Assembly (NCBI GenBank): GCA_951406725.2
Contig: OX597815.1
Location: 25,048,001-25,112,000, forward strand
DNA from: Octopus vulgaris
Lineage: Eukaryota
DNA: 64,000 bases
Reading direction: 5' to 3'
The notes below the pieces were generated by a model that searched no databases, was not told where the DNA came from, and saw only the letters and a program-made list of their open reading frames with translations. How positions within the stretch are numbered: position 1 is the stretch's first letter; every line of letters begins with the position of its first letter. Position numbers and translations under genes: made by a program. Shown piece by piece: positions 26,656 to 40,407 of the stretch.

Positions 26656-29135
26656 TTTAACCTCTTGACATGGTGTGAGAGGTAGTGGTCGCCTTTCTAA
26701 TATATTTCTTATGAATTAAATTCATTGATAAGTCCCCAACTTATGAGGTTCCCCGTTAGCTCGTTGGAATTTTTACGTGGCAATACGAGGAAGCTAGTCG
26801 ACTGCTTAACACTACACCTTATTCTTATTGATTGATATAATGCGGTGACACAAATTTTGAAAAAAAAATCGATGATTATAGCTAAAATGCCTTTGATCAC
26901 TCACTTAATGAAGGCCAACCTGGAGTTACAACCCTTGACAAAATTTATGGAATCACTACACGTAGGAGATGTTCGTTCAGTTTTTGGGGTTCTTTTTACT
27001 TTGTAGCAAATAGGCAAAATCACGTACAAGACACAAAACAACTTTTGTTTATTAACTTAACATTCTAGTTCCGAGGAATATACTTCAAACAAATTAAAGT
27101 ATTTTAATTAATGGTTTATTTTCTCCAAGACCGTACTGAGATAAAAACAATGGAATTACTATAAGATTTGCATTTCTAAAATAAATACCAGCACAAATCA
27201 CAAAGTGCAAATTAATTTATAGTTAAAATAGAGTGCTTGCAGATTTTAACGAGTTATTGGACTCGAAATGTTGATTGAAAAGAAACAAGGACCCTGAAAA
27301 TCCAATATGGTGGGTGGTAAAAAAATGTTGTCTGTTCCCTGTTAATTTTTTTAGTGTGTGTGGTCACTAATTTAACGTGAGTGTTCTGTGATTCAATGTA
27401 TGAAGAGTATTCGTGAGAGAGTCCATTCCAGTGTGCTTTTGATAAGCGTGTATAAAGACTGCCAGAAGGCAGCTCATTTGCAACGAAACATTGAAAACTT
27501 TATTTTAATAAAACGAATGCTGGCAAGTTGTGTAACAATGATTAAACTGCAGGTTTATGCGAATCATCTTCATGTGTATGCGAGACAGGAAAAATCCCAT
27601 GACTTACTTCTTGCACAGAAGTGTTATGTAGAAGCCGTTGTAAGCTAATAAGAACAAGAATGTACCGCTCATTTTGAAGCAGAGTTGTAGCTGATATCAT
27701 TCAAGTGAGTTGCGTGAAATTGGTGGTGAACACAAAAATCGTTGCATGACAAAGAGATATTACTTCTAGGCCGTCTATTCACCAACTGACTTGAAACTGC
27801 CGCTTCACTGCTAAGGCAGATCACTGCCGTTTGTATTTAAACTGATCCAGCCCTGAACTATGCCACAACAACAAAATAGATCTTTCCTGACTCATTACAG
27901 TTTTATATAAAATTTGATGCAAGTATAAATAAAATGGGACAATTATAAAAGGAAGATATACAGGTTCACCATAAAAACGTCAAAGCGTTAGAATAGAAAA
28001 CTCAAAGCAATATGCCTGGATGATAAATAAAATGCATAGATGCATCATATATCTCATTCCATGATCAGTATCCTAAGTCCATCAGTAGTCACAGTACCAC
28101 AATCCTTCATCAAAGTTTCTCTCGTGTGTTTTTAAGGACTCCTACGGTTCAATTTTCTCTGGCTCACTTTCCAGATGATGACTTGACTGGCTGACAATTC
28201 CATGTGCTGAATTAATGTTAAGCCCTTTTTATAATTCATTATCAATAATTATAAATAAAAACAATTTTATGAAAGTTTCTTTCACTTAATTATTCTCGTT
28301 AGATGTTGATAGAGACTTTTGTTATTTATGGTGTTTAACATTTAATAGGCTTTCTAATACAGTGTTGCTAATACACATGTTTGATCCAATAAATCCATCA
28401 CCATATGCATCGATTAACAATAGTTAGGAATTACAAATTTTAATTTTAAGCCAGAGGATAGTCGATGATAGAAATAGAAATGCACCGTGATTAGCAATGT
28501 ATATGCTCTAATTTCATATTCCTCAGAGACCGGAAAAATAAGTACCAATTATGCTAATAAGGAAGAAACAGCATTGTGCCGATCTAATATTTCACAGTTT
28601 TAAATTACGAAATATTATGTGATCAAACCCCACCGAGATAAGTACTGTTGTATATCAGAAGTAGACACCCCGCTCTGTAAATTTACGTCTTTCTGTCAAG
28701 TTAAGAAACCTATTAACTTGAAAGCAACAATGGTGGAGAAAACTGCAGCAGTAGAGGGATAGAATGAATTCGGGGATTTGGGCAGAATTGGCAGAATACC
28801 TTGCAAGTTTTAGTTACCATCTTTGATGATATATAAGAAGTCCCCTTTTTCTTTTAAGAAAAAGATGCTTCAAAACCTCACCCTGTGTCCTATATCCGAA
28901 ATTATGTCTCCTCTTTACCTTAGTATGTGCTGCTGAAATTGGAGGGCGTCTGGTATGCCCGGGTGTCTTTTATGTCATCAAATATGGTAAGTTTTTCTTT
29001 TTTACGTTCTGAGTTCAAATATCTTTAAGATTGACTTTGCTTTTCATCCTTCTGGGATCGATGAAATGAAATATTAGTCAAATATTATATACTTCTTCAA
29101 AAGTTTCCAATGTCAGAAACAAAAAAAATACCCCG

Positions 29136-29400
29136 AAGTACCGGGACCTGTCAGTGAACTATCACTTCCAGCCTGTGGAGTTTGAGACGTTCGGAGGGAC
29201 TGGGCCACTGACCGCGAAGTTGTTGTCAACGTTAGCAGCTCGCTTCACCGAGGTGTTAGATGATGCCCGTGAGAGCGCTTAGTTTTCTCAACGCCTTAGG
29301 CTCGTCATTGCCTTTGGTAATGCTGCGGGCGTGCTGACTTGTTTCAGCAGGTTCTGTTAAACCTTGTGGTGTGCGACCAGTTGCTGTGATAAAAAAAAAA
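29136..29400 (+). mobile_element. CRE-clade non-LTR retrotransposon 3' fragment
   Basis: KYRDLSVNYHFQPVEFETFGGTG...*FSQRLRLVIAFGNAAGVL resembles the CRE C-terminal F-x-P-x-x-x-E-T-x-G ... QR...GNA motif. Followed by a poly(A) at 29391-29400. Confidence 0.75.
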
Positions 29401-31799
29401 TTCCCTACAAATGGTTTCAAAACAGTTTTAACTGAAAAATTTGGAAGAATTAGATGAAAGTTCTCCGGTAATTTTCTTTCATGTAAATAAATGTTTATGT
29501 TAATTAATAATAAGTTCTTGATTTACATCGCTTCAGGATTGCAGAAATTTTTAGTACTTTGCAATTCTTGAAATGGTGATACACCTGGTAATGTAAAGAA
29601 GACTTGTCCTTTTTAATGGAAGATGCGTAAAAAAGCAATTATTTATGAAGCAAAGGTTACATCTCAAGTGAATTGCGAAAAAAATATCGTTATGCACAAC
29701 TGCAGCGCTAAAAGCCATTTTTTAATTATACATACATCTTCATGAATGAGGAATTTCTCAGAGAAACATAGGATATATGTGACTGATAGTTCGGATACTG
29801 AATGGTTAACCACAGAAAACATCACGCTTTGCGTTTTTTTTTTTCTTTTTGCCCAGCGCAGATTCTCTATAAGAAAAATTGTAATAAAACTTACATTCAA
29901 TGTATATATGCATGCATGTGTGTATGTGTAGCTTAAAATAATATAAATTTCACAAAATTATGCAATATATACATACACATAGAAACAGGCTCTTTCTCTA
30001 TTGGCAAGAAATCTTGAAATAAAACTGAACAATGACATACATACATATATATATACATTGCCTTACATTACATACATACATAGTGTTATGATCTGTTTCT
30101 TTCGTTCAAATATCTAGTCAAAGAAGCAATTGAATAATTGTGGAATGACTTGGTCGAAAGCTATGACAATTAATAGATAAAGTATAGTTTGAGTTCAATT
30201 ATTTATATTTTCTCTTATGTGGATTTAAATGGTTTGCTATATGTATATAATAAACTCGAAGGTTTGTATTTTATACGTAAGATGCTGAGTACTTTTTCTG
30301 CATTGGAAGGACGTAAGCAACTTTACAAATTACCGGAAATGTAAGAAATGCAAAAGAAAAAGAATAAATTTAGGTTAACGATTCAGCTAATTAAAATGCA
30401 AGCTTAATGAAAATTTATGGAACACTAACTGAAAGAACCAAAAGAAGATTTGGGAGGAAAAAAATTAAGTTAAAAATATTGAAATCTTCGCTGATTACAA
30501 ATTCACCAAAAGAAATAAATTTAGTATAAATCTTTCGAATATCGTTAATAGCTGAATGAATTAAAGAAAAAAGGTTATTCGTCTATAATAGAGAAACCTG
30601 GTTGTGCAATCAGAATTGAAATAGAACATTTTGATCGTAAAGCTTCAATCTAAATAAAGATTATAAGATATTTAGTACAAACTAGAACGATAACTCCTCC
30701 ATCCTGCTCTTCCCGGCCTACATCAGATAGTCTATCTTCTTTAAATACCAAAATTTTTTATCAAACGGCTGAAAATTCCGTAAGAAATTTTGCTATTAGG
30801 CTAAGATATATAGTTATTGAGAATAAGTGGCTAGCGTATAAAACGGTATATAATGGTCATAGGAAAACTGCGGCCCGTTCGACTTTCTGAGTGACACGTC
30901 GAGTTTAAGGAAAATAACGTATATTAAAATGTTATTTCTTTTGTTTCATATTCTCTCTCTCTCCGTCTCTCTCTCTCCCCCTCTCTCTCTCTCTCTCTCA
31001 TTCACTGACTCACTCAAAGAGATGTGGGGAAGCTGGTGTCATGGGAGAATAACAATTAAATATCTATCTAACCTCCCTTACTTATTAATGCCTGTTGCGC
31101 TGTGACTACAAACATTTGCCGTTGACAGTCATCCGTATAATTTTCAACATGCTTCAGAGTCAATTTAGAACCTTCCAAACATTCAAGAGCCTTGAATTGG
31201 CATCTCTACACAGGACACGAATGAAAATTATCGATTTTATGCTTAATTTCTGTTTCCACCGCTAATAGCAATTTCTTGCGATAAATCAGCGGCTACAAAT
31301 ACACTCATGTATCGCGTAGCATTATACGTGTAGCGTAACGTTGTTTTATTTTGGAATTAACAAAACTTTACTTTGCTTCATTTCTAAAGCCAAATGCTTA
31401 AGTTTTTGGTCTTCTAAAGTGAAAATGGCTGAAGTACTTTCAACGAAAAATTACCTTGAATTTTTTCAAGAGTGCAATAAGCCTTTGATGAGCCATATCT
31501 CATGCGGCCCACTGCTCGAAAAAGATTGCCCATGTTTGATATAATATTCTTTCTTATTTTGGTACGAGGCCAGCAGTTTGAGGGAAGTGGGTGAGTTGAT
31601 TATATCAACTCCAGAGCTCAACTGGTACTTATTTTATCGATCCCAAAAATGTGGAAAGCAAAGTCAACGTCAGTGCTATTTGAAGTCAGAACGTAAAACC
31701 GAAAAAAAAATACTGCTAAGTATTTTGTCCCGCAGAGTAACGATTCTACTGGTCTACCACCTTCATGTCTGATATAACATTAAATATGGTTAGATAATT

Positions 31800-32120
31800 A
31801 TGGCAACTTGCACAAAAGAGAAATATCATATAATAGTTAAACAGACTAATACTTTAAACCAACGAACAGAGATAATGTCAAAATGCTGTCACAAAAACAA
31901 ATTCTACCTGACAAACTACAACAGCAATTTACGACTTTAGTTCATCAACCAGACGTAAACAAATGAGCACTTTCTCTACGAGACATATTGAATACTCTTT
32001 ACTACTATGGCATCTGATGAACGTTTCTCCAGAATGAAAATTTAAGTAATGGAGAAAAACCAAATTTCAAAATAACAATAGCATTTCTCTACGAAACATA
32101 TTGAATACTCTTTACTACTT
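31800..32120 (+). mobile_element. Penelope-like element 3' remnant
   Basis: CTKEKYHII...TLNQRTEIMSKCCHKNKFYL resembles the C-x-x-EK...LN-x-R-x-E-x-x-SKCRH-x-NK tail of PLE GIY-YIG ORFs. Followed by a ~40-bp direct repeat flanking CTGATGA and a stem. Confidence 0.6.
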
Positions 32121-33054
32121 TATTTGTATTTTGTCACATGTAAATAAGAATAATATTCAACTGCATCTCCCTAATAAAAGCTATTGTAAATAACAAATGG
32201 TAACCCAATCACGTGCGAATAACCCATGCAGATATAGAAAGTTCTTTTTAAACTGTTTTGTTTGTTGTTGTAATCATTGTTAGTGTTAATGTTGTTGTTG
32301 ACAATACTGTCACTGTTGTTTGAGAGAGAAGAAAAAAAGAAAACATATCAGCTGATCATAATTATTTCAATTTATTGTTTTTAAAATCAATGATTTTTGT
32401 TCCGTTCAAAAGAAAATTTAACACTGTTCATTTTAATTCCGCTACTTGGTCCAAGTATTTTCTCTCCACCCACACTTTTTTAAAGCAGTCATTGACCTAC
32501 AAATGTTTAGTCTAGGCATCATCCACTTAATTTTCATCAGCTTGGGAAACCTTGCAAAGATTTGGTTCCTCCCCTTCTTCTTCTCTCCTTCTTTTCGTTC
32601 ACCTTCACCTATTTTTTCTCTTCCACATCCTTTTCTTTCTCCTTTTTCTTCGTCTAAATAACTTTTCAACCTGAGAAGTGAATTGGCGCAGTCGTTAAAG
32701 CGTAAAACAAAATGCCTTGCAGTATTTGTTCCAGTCTTCTGCGTTCTGAGTTCAAACCCTGCCGAGCTCAATTTCATTATTGTTAATACCTACTAAACTT
32801 TAGTTCATCTTCGCATACAAATCCAATAGTTGTTTGCTCAGTTGACGATTTGTATGACCAACTTGAAATCGTATAAAGATTTCAAAATTGAGAAGTGCTA
32901 AAATAAATACTCTAAGGGTTCATTGATCTACATACAGTATTAGGTAATCTCTAATATCTTTAGACAGTTTGAACAAGCCGAAATTTCGGAGTCACTGTCA
33001 ACCTTTTCATTGTAAAGGTTAATATGTACTCTACTAAAAAGTATTAAGTAATCC

Positions 33055-33590
33055 AAAGCTGAAGGTCAGGGAAAAAGAGAACACATATGCTGAACTATTG
33101 AGGAATCTGCAGTTACTTTATCCACATTACAAGTTCAGGTTTATGCCTGTAATTATTGGGGCACTGGGATATGTAACACACTGCCTAAATCTTGAGAAAT
33201 TAGGCTTCTCAGAACTAGAAAGGATAAAGCTAATTCGAAGACTACAGATCCAAGCAAACACTGGAACTGTAAAAATCTGTAAAACTTTTCAGAAGTTTAT
33301 CATTTAAGTATATATGAGCATATTTAGATATGTAACTCAATCCATGAGAATACATACATAAAACAAAAGATATAAATCTGCACACACATATACATACATA
33401 CATACATACATACATACATACATACATACATACATACATACATACATACATACATACATACATACATACATACATACACCTTGTTGTTGATGTTGAAATT
33501 CCAATGAAGGAGCCTTGGATCTAGGTTAGAAACCGGTTATTTCTTTATTGGCAAGAAATCTTGAAATAAAACTGAATAATGACATACATA
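33055..33590 (+). mobile_element. R4/Dong-like LINE 3' end (RLE C-terminus plus 3' UTR containing (CATA)n)
   Basis: EKENTYAELLRNLQLLYPHYKFRFMPVIIGALG is homologous to the 7288-7695 ORF. The 3' UTR end TTGGCAAGAAATCTTGAAATAAAACTGAATAATGACATAC recurs at about 30001-30045. Confidence 0.8.
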
Positions 33591-34703
33591 TCCGACGAGC
33601 TTCCATACAGTTTCTGTCTGCCAAATTCACTCAAAAGGTATTGGTCGGACTGGGACTATAGTAGAAGACACTCACACAAGGTACCACGCAATGAGATTGA
33701 ACCCTGAAGCCATGAGGATACGAAGTGGATTTCTCAACCACACAAGTATGCCTTCTCCGATAATACTAATTCTAATAGTGGGCATTGATATGGTGATTTT
33801 TCATTATAAGGAGGCATGTATTTTATAATACGCCAGCAATGTCATTAAAATTGTACAGGTTTCTAGCACCTGGCTTCAAGTGGATCCATTCATCAAATTA
33901 TTGATATGGTTTGGGGTTTTTTTCCCACGTTGCTGATCAATTATGTATTTCTATTGTTCACTAAGTTGTTAAGGCTGAAGAATTTGCAGAATCGTTAACA
34001 AGTTAGATAGAAAGCCACATGGTATTTGTTTTGAATTTCTGCGTTTTGAGTTCAGATCCCGCTGAGGTCAATTTTGCCTCTCATCCTTTCTAGATCATAA
34101 AAAAAGTGCCTGCCTGGAGCAGTGGATTGAACTTACAGTATTTCTTCTAACAGCCATGCTTGCGATTTCACTGGAACTCAGCTAAAGCGTGAGCCTTTTC
34201 CCTGTACATCAGTGGTGCAGAGTGGAATGACTACTGTGTAAGGGAAACTGCCAGTCTTAAAAACAAAACAAAGCAAGGCTTACACAGGTGTGGATGTGTG
34301 ATTAAGAAGCTTGCCTCCCATCTATATATTGCCATGAGTTCAGTCCCACTGCACGGTACCTTGGGAAAGTGTCTTCCACTATAGCCTCAGACCGACCAAA
34401 TCTATGTGAGTGGATTTGGTAGACAAAAACTGAATGAAGCCCGTCGTGTACGCATGTATATGTATATCTATGTGTGCTTGTGTTTGTCCCCTACCACTGC
34501 TTGATAACCTGCATTGGTTTGTTTACGCCCTGTAACTTATCGGTCCGGCAAAAGAGACTTTAAAATAAGTGCCAAGTTATGGGGTTCGATTTGTTCGATT
34601 AAACCTTTTAAGGCAAGGCCTCATTATGGCCACAGTCCAGTGAATGAAATAAGTAATGAATAAAAGATATAGATGCAGACACTTAGTCAACCTTGACCGA
34701 CAG

Positions 34704-35000
34704 TGGAGGCACATGGCCTAGTAGTTAGAGCAGCGGACTCGCGGTCGAGGGATCGCAGGTTCGAATCTCAGACCGGACGATGTATGTGTTTATGAGTGAA
34801 ACGCCTAAGCTCCACGCGGCTCCGGCAGAAGGGAATGGCGAAACTTCTGCTGACTCTTTCACCACAACTTTCTCTCACTCTTTCCTCCTGCATCTAGCAG
34901 CTAACCTGCGACGGACCGGTGTCCCGTCCAGGTGGAGAACCTATATGCCAAGAAACCGGGAAACCGGCCCTTATGAGCCAGGTATGGCTCGAGAAGGAAC
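34704..35000 (+). mobile_element. tRNA-derived SINE family D (second copy 46802-47065)
   Basis: TGGCCTAGTRGYTAGAGC A box, GGTTCGAATC B box, and a V-domain-like GCGACGGACCGGTGTCCCGTCCAGG segment. Confidence 0.8.
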
Positions 35001-35375
35001 TATAGAAATTGATGTTGTCATTTAACCCAATCTTAAAATCTGATTCTTTTATTCTAATTCCATTGACATCGAGGATGCATTATACAAACATTGTTGAGCA
35101 GACTTGTGATCAAAATATCATTCCATCTGTAACAAACCCATCATTTTATTCAAGGCAGTGTATCTGGAACTTTATTATATTTGAAGTGATTCGAGGGATT
35201 ATTTCTTGTAGATAGAGCGACAGCATAAAGACTTTACTTTCTGATTCGTGGTGATTTGTAGTAGGTTGTTTGTTTATCACCAGGCAAACTTTGAGGAAGC
35301 ATTTCTATGACCAAAGACGTTCCATCTATGACCGTTCCATCTTTTTTCAGACTTTATCTAGCGTGTTCTTCTTAA

Positions 35376-35797
35376 GGCGGCGAGCTGGCAGAAACGTTAG
35401 CACGCCGGACGAAATGCTTAGCGGTATTTCGTCTGCCATTACGTTCTGAGTTCAAATTCCGCCGAGGTCGACTTTGCCTTTCATCCTTTTCAGGGTCGAT
35501 TAAATAAGTACCAGTTACGCACAGAGGTCGATGTAATCGACTTAATCCGTTGTCTGTCCTTGTTTGTCCCCTCTGTGCTTAGCCCCTTGTGGGTAGTAAA
35601 GAAATAGAAATAGGTATTTCGTCTGCCGTTACGTTCTTTTTTCAAATTTCATCGAGGTCGACTTTGCCTTTCATCCTTTCGGGGTCGATAAATTAAGTAC
35701 CAGTTACGCACTGGGGTCGATGTAATCGACTTAATCCCTTTGTCTGTCCTTGTTTGTCCCATTTATGTTTAGCCCCTTGTGGGCAATAAAGAAATAA
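35376..35797 (+). mobile_element. SINE family A dimer
   Basis: Full head unit plus a 5'-truncated second unit; flanking GTGTTCTTC on both sides. Confidence 0.85.
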
Positions 35798-36328
35798 GTG
35801 TGTTCTTCACTTTTCTAATACTATGGGGTGCAAATATGGGAAGGTTTAGCAGTTATTACTAGGAGATTGAGTGACATCATTGAAGCTTCCTCTTGACAAG
35901 GGGTTTATTTCTGCTGGGCAAATATCTCCAATGACAAGAATCTTGAACAAATAGCCAAACTTATTAAATATGTGAAATATGGTCAAGGAAAAGTATTGAT
36001 CGATGAAATGAAGGCATTCACTCTGGTTAATGGTAATCCAAAATTATTGATCTGAACTCAAAATTCTTTTGAAACTTTGAATTTAAAACAAAACAAAAAA
36101 CGCTTTATTAGTAACGCTGAGAATGGCTTCGAAGTAATTAAGTCGAAATTCAATTTCTTGAGTAAAAATCCTATTTCTGCATTAATTATTTATTAGTTAG
36201 CACGGAATTTTGATTATCCAAGCATGTATTTTCACTAATTCCAAAATTGAAATTGAATAGTGTGTTCTTAATTGACATATGACTGAACTCCTTTTCAGAA
36301 GGAAATATCATATTGCATATTTGAACAT

Positions 36329-36378
<50 letters not shown>

Positions 36379-39300
36379 TCGGTGGTGACAAATGATTTAA
36401 GACCCTCTGTTATATTTCACTTTAAGTATGTTATGTTGAGTTTGGAGATTACCCAAAGAAGTATCTTTTCAAGCAGAAAAAAAGCGGGGAGTTTTTAAGT
36501 AACCTTTTAAACATTTCCTGTTGAATTTGTATTTTTTTTTTATGTATAATTATTATTGTGTATATAAATATACAGTGGAATTCGTTAATTTCATGTGCTA
36601 TCATTTATATGTATGTGTTGTGTTTGTGGAGGCTTAGAAAAATAAAAATGTATGTGAATAATTTCCTGCTCGTATACTTGTAATTATTATGTATACCATG
36701 TATGTTTATAATGTATATGTAGTGAATCGTGCATGCATGAAGTGAATTCGATCCATCATAGCCAAATTTAAATTAACACTGCTACAGAACTTTTCCCACG
36801 ATGGAACAATAGTTTTTCTCTGACAGCAGTTTTTACATTTTTCAGATGCCGTTAGCTAGGCCGAAATAATGTCTTCACTACTTGACTCTTTCTAACCTCT
36901 ACTACTTCACCAAAAGCTAGCATAGAGATAACAAGATCACCAACTATTGTTCTCAATGATATATGTCTATCCTTCTAGATAATTATATAAGCCAGCACAT
37001 CCCAAGCAAAAATCAGTTAGTCATTGCGGTGACAACTCAGTGAGAACGAAGTCTGGTTGACCAGCTAAACTTTGGTCAGAGGGAGAAATGAAGTTTACTG
37101 TCAGTAATGTCCCACACCCTACAACTCTCACTAGTTCTAATTCTGTTCTCTTACAACATCATTCTATTTGTCTCAGCAATTACTACTAAACAATGAAGAG
37201 GACACATACACAAGCTTTACTTTGCATGATTTTGGATTTATTATAACCTTCCTGTTGAGGCAAGGAATTGTAACGTGACGGTAAATAAATACTTTCTTTA
37301 AACTTCATGCATTGTTCATCTTTCACATCTTACGACATACAGTTATAACAACAAATAATTATTGTCACAACTGTTGCTGACTACGACAATTCTTAATATT
37401 GTTTACAAATCATTTTCAACAGTTACAATTGTTTACAAATCCAAAATTCTGCCGTCACATATATATCCATGTAACCATGCATCTGCATCCGAATTTCACT
37501 TACTTATCTGGACATGATACGATTGTAAACACATATGCAAGTATATTGATTCAAACAGCTTTAATCACAGATATTTAATCTAATCATAGGTAATGTCTGA
37601 ATTTCAGAAATTCTATCATTCCCTATCCAAATTCTTAAACTGTAGATATTTTCTGTTAATACACAAGTCCCTTTTAAACCACTTTTATTAGGATACATGC
37701 TTATCAACAACAGATGAGTCATATTCTGTCACAATGTAAAGTCTTGGAGACATAGACGTTTATATTTTTAACCTTTTGAGTTCCTTTTCCTTATTCAGTA
37801 ATCATCAACGCAGCTGGCTTCTTATTAAGTTATATCATTTCCTTTCTTATCAATAAAAGATTTGAATGTAACTAGCACAAAATACTTCAAGCTAAATTAT
37901 CCAAATAGCCTCTCCATCAGGCATCTGTTACATCAAACGTGTCCTGTCAGATCCCACCATCGTGAGATGTGACATGGAGTTCAATACAACCGACATCAGC
38001 AACCCTCGTGTGCCTCATATTTCAACCTTATCTCCACAAGCTTCCTTCTCTGTATTAAAGTCCTGCATGTTGTTACTTCTAACCACCCTTCACACTTCCT
38101 TAATTTTCCACATCCAGGGGACATTCACGAACAATCAAATTGCTTCACACTGGAGCTACCCACCTTATTTCTATGAACAGCAATGCTAAAGGCATCTTTT
38201 AATGGATATATGATAACCAAGTCTTCTTCAAATGCTCCAAAACAATCATTACACATGTCAAGAATAGATTCTTAACAATAGACATGCTAAGAAAAGTAAG
38301 TTCCTTCCTTTCTGGGCCATGCTGACTCATGGAACCAGTTTCCTGATGCCAGTCCATTACAGGATTACTCATCTTTGCCCACTGAGCAAACTGGAGTAAC
38401 GTGAAATGAAGCATTTTGCTCAAGAACACGATGCATCTCCCAGTTGAGCAATTGAAACCACAACCTTATAATCATGAATCCAACACCCTAACCACTAAGC
38501 CATGTGTCTCCACAAAGAAAAGTGAAGAGTATTAATAATATGTTTAAAACTCTAAACTCTCTATAAATACCAGACCCTACAATTTGATGTTTCACCCCAA
38601 CTGCAAGCCAAAACTGAATAACAAAGGCTTTCTCATTAAAGCCAGAAAATATTTTAGCCCTAGTTGGATACCTGCTCTCTTCAAAGTACAAGTGCAATTG
38701 ATATATATTTCTTTACTACCCACAAGAGGCTAAACATAGAGGGGACAAACAAGGACAGACAAAGCGATTAAGTCGGTTACATCGACCCAGTGCGAAATTG
38801 GTACTTTATTTATCGACCCCGAGAGGATGAAAGGCAAAGTCGACCTCGGTGGAATTTGAACTCAGAACATAACGACAGACGAAATACCTCTAAGCATTTC
38901 GCCCGGCATGCTAACGTTTCTGCCAGCTCGCCGCTTTATTGATATAAGTGTAATTGATATAAGACTACTACTACCCCAGTGAGGAATGTTGTAGCTGTTA
39001 TATACACAAACATTCTAGAGCAGACCACTCGTATAAAAACAAACAAATAAATAAATAAATAAATAATGAAAATTAAAAATATAATAAGTTAGACTATCTG
39101 GCTTATTGGTAATAATTCACTCACCAAAACAATACAACTACTGCTCCAAAACATGTTAGTCCATCTCCCGTTCTTTCTTTCTCCACTGCAATAACTTCTG
39201 CTCCTCTGAATTAGCCAGTTTCACACAGATTCCATTGTCCAAATTGCATTCTCCTTCATCATTAATATTTTGTAACAGAGATATGTTGTAAATAAATGAG

Positions 39301-39702
39301 AGATGAAAGATATTAATTGTTAGTTGGTTGAAAAGGCCCTTTATCATATCATTATTGTTATTGTTACAATGTAGAAGGCCACTTTTTATTGTTGTAGTTG
39401 TACACAGGTTATTTGTAGTTTTGTTATCCAGTCCACAGGTAGTTAAGTTCATTTTTGTTGACTGCTATGAGAATTTATGATGAAAGAAAGAGTAAAAGAG
39501 TCTAGACAAGTAGAAAATGTAAGAGCTGTGGTGTCACAAAGTGACAGGCTATACTTGAAGAGATGCTCTTTAACCAGAGGCCAAGCAACCAAAGAGGGAG
39601 AACCGATTTGGGGTTGTATATCTTTCTTAACTGAGGTCAGGCTGAATGAAGGACTTTTCCTCTGCAATCAGCCCTGACCCGAGTCTGACACAAAAAGGTT
39701 AC

Positions 39703-39903
39703 AAGTCGCAGTTTACAGTTCTATATTTAAGAGATGAGGAATTATGTACATTATTTACAATTGATGGATATTTATTGTCATTTTGTTTGTTGTTAACAGG
39801 TTTTAGCTGATATACCCTCCAGCCTTCATCAGGTGTCTTGGGGAAATTTCGAACCTGGGTTCTCATTCCTAATGTACTTTTCGATGTTATCATTATCATT
39901 ATG

Positions 39904-39973
<70 letters not shown>

Positions 39974-40407
39974 TTACTGCCTGGAATCGAACTCAGAATC
40001 TTGGGGTTAGTAGACATATAGAGAAACTCTATATGTCTCCATTGAAGTCTAATGTCAGCTCTGTACCGATTAGATAATACAGTTCTATATTTAAGAGATG
40101 AGGAATTATGTTATACAAAGGCAAAACATGCTGCCCTCTCAAAATAAGGGTAGAGGAACATCGTATATAGTGTAGTGGTTAAGAGTACAGGCTACTAACC
40201 CCAAGATTCCGAGTTTGATTCCAGGCAGTGACCTGAATAATAATAATAGCATCAAAAAATACCTTAGGAATGAGAACCTAGGTTCGAAATTTCCCCAAGA
40301 CACCTGATGAAGGCTGGAGGGTATATCAGCTGAAACGTGTTAACAACAAACAAGATGAGGACAAATATCTGTCAATTGTAAATTATGTAAATAAAGTCAC
40401 AATTTAC
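39703..40407. mobile_element. Penelope-like remnant: inverted pair of tRNA-headed, hammerhead-containing repeats around a GIY-YIG fragment
   Basis: About 39750-40012 is the reverse complement of about 40190-40395. 40111-40164 encodes LYKGKTCCPLKIRVEEHR (compare YIGETGRPLKTRxxEH). Possible TSD AAGTCGCAGTTTAC / AAGTCACAATTTAC. Confidence 0.65.
40300..40340 (+). ncRNA. Minimal type I hammerhead ribozyme motif (degenerate)
   Basis: ACAC-CTGATGA-a-GGCTG-loop-CAGCT-GAAAC-GTGT. Core boxes and stems I and II are present; the cleavage triplet appears deleted in this copy. Confidence 0.6.

Noticed and set aside
34704-34780. Functional tRNA gene (also 46802-46875 and 40166-40233)
   Set aside because: A and B boxes are present, but there is no clean cloverleaf and each continues into a repeated SINE body.
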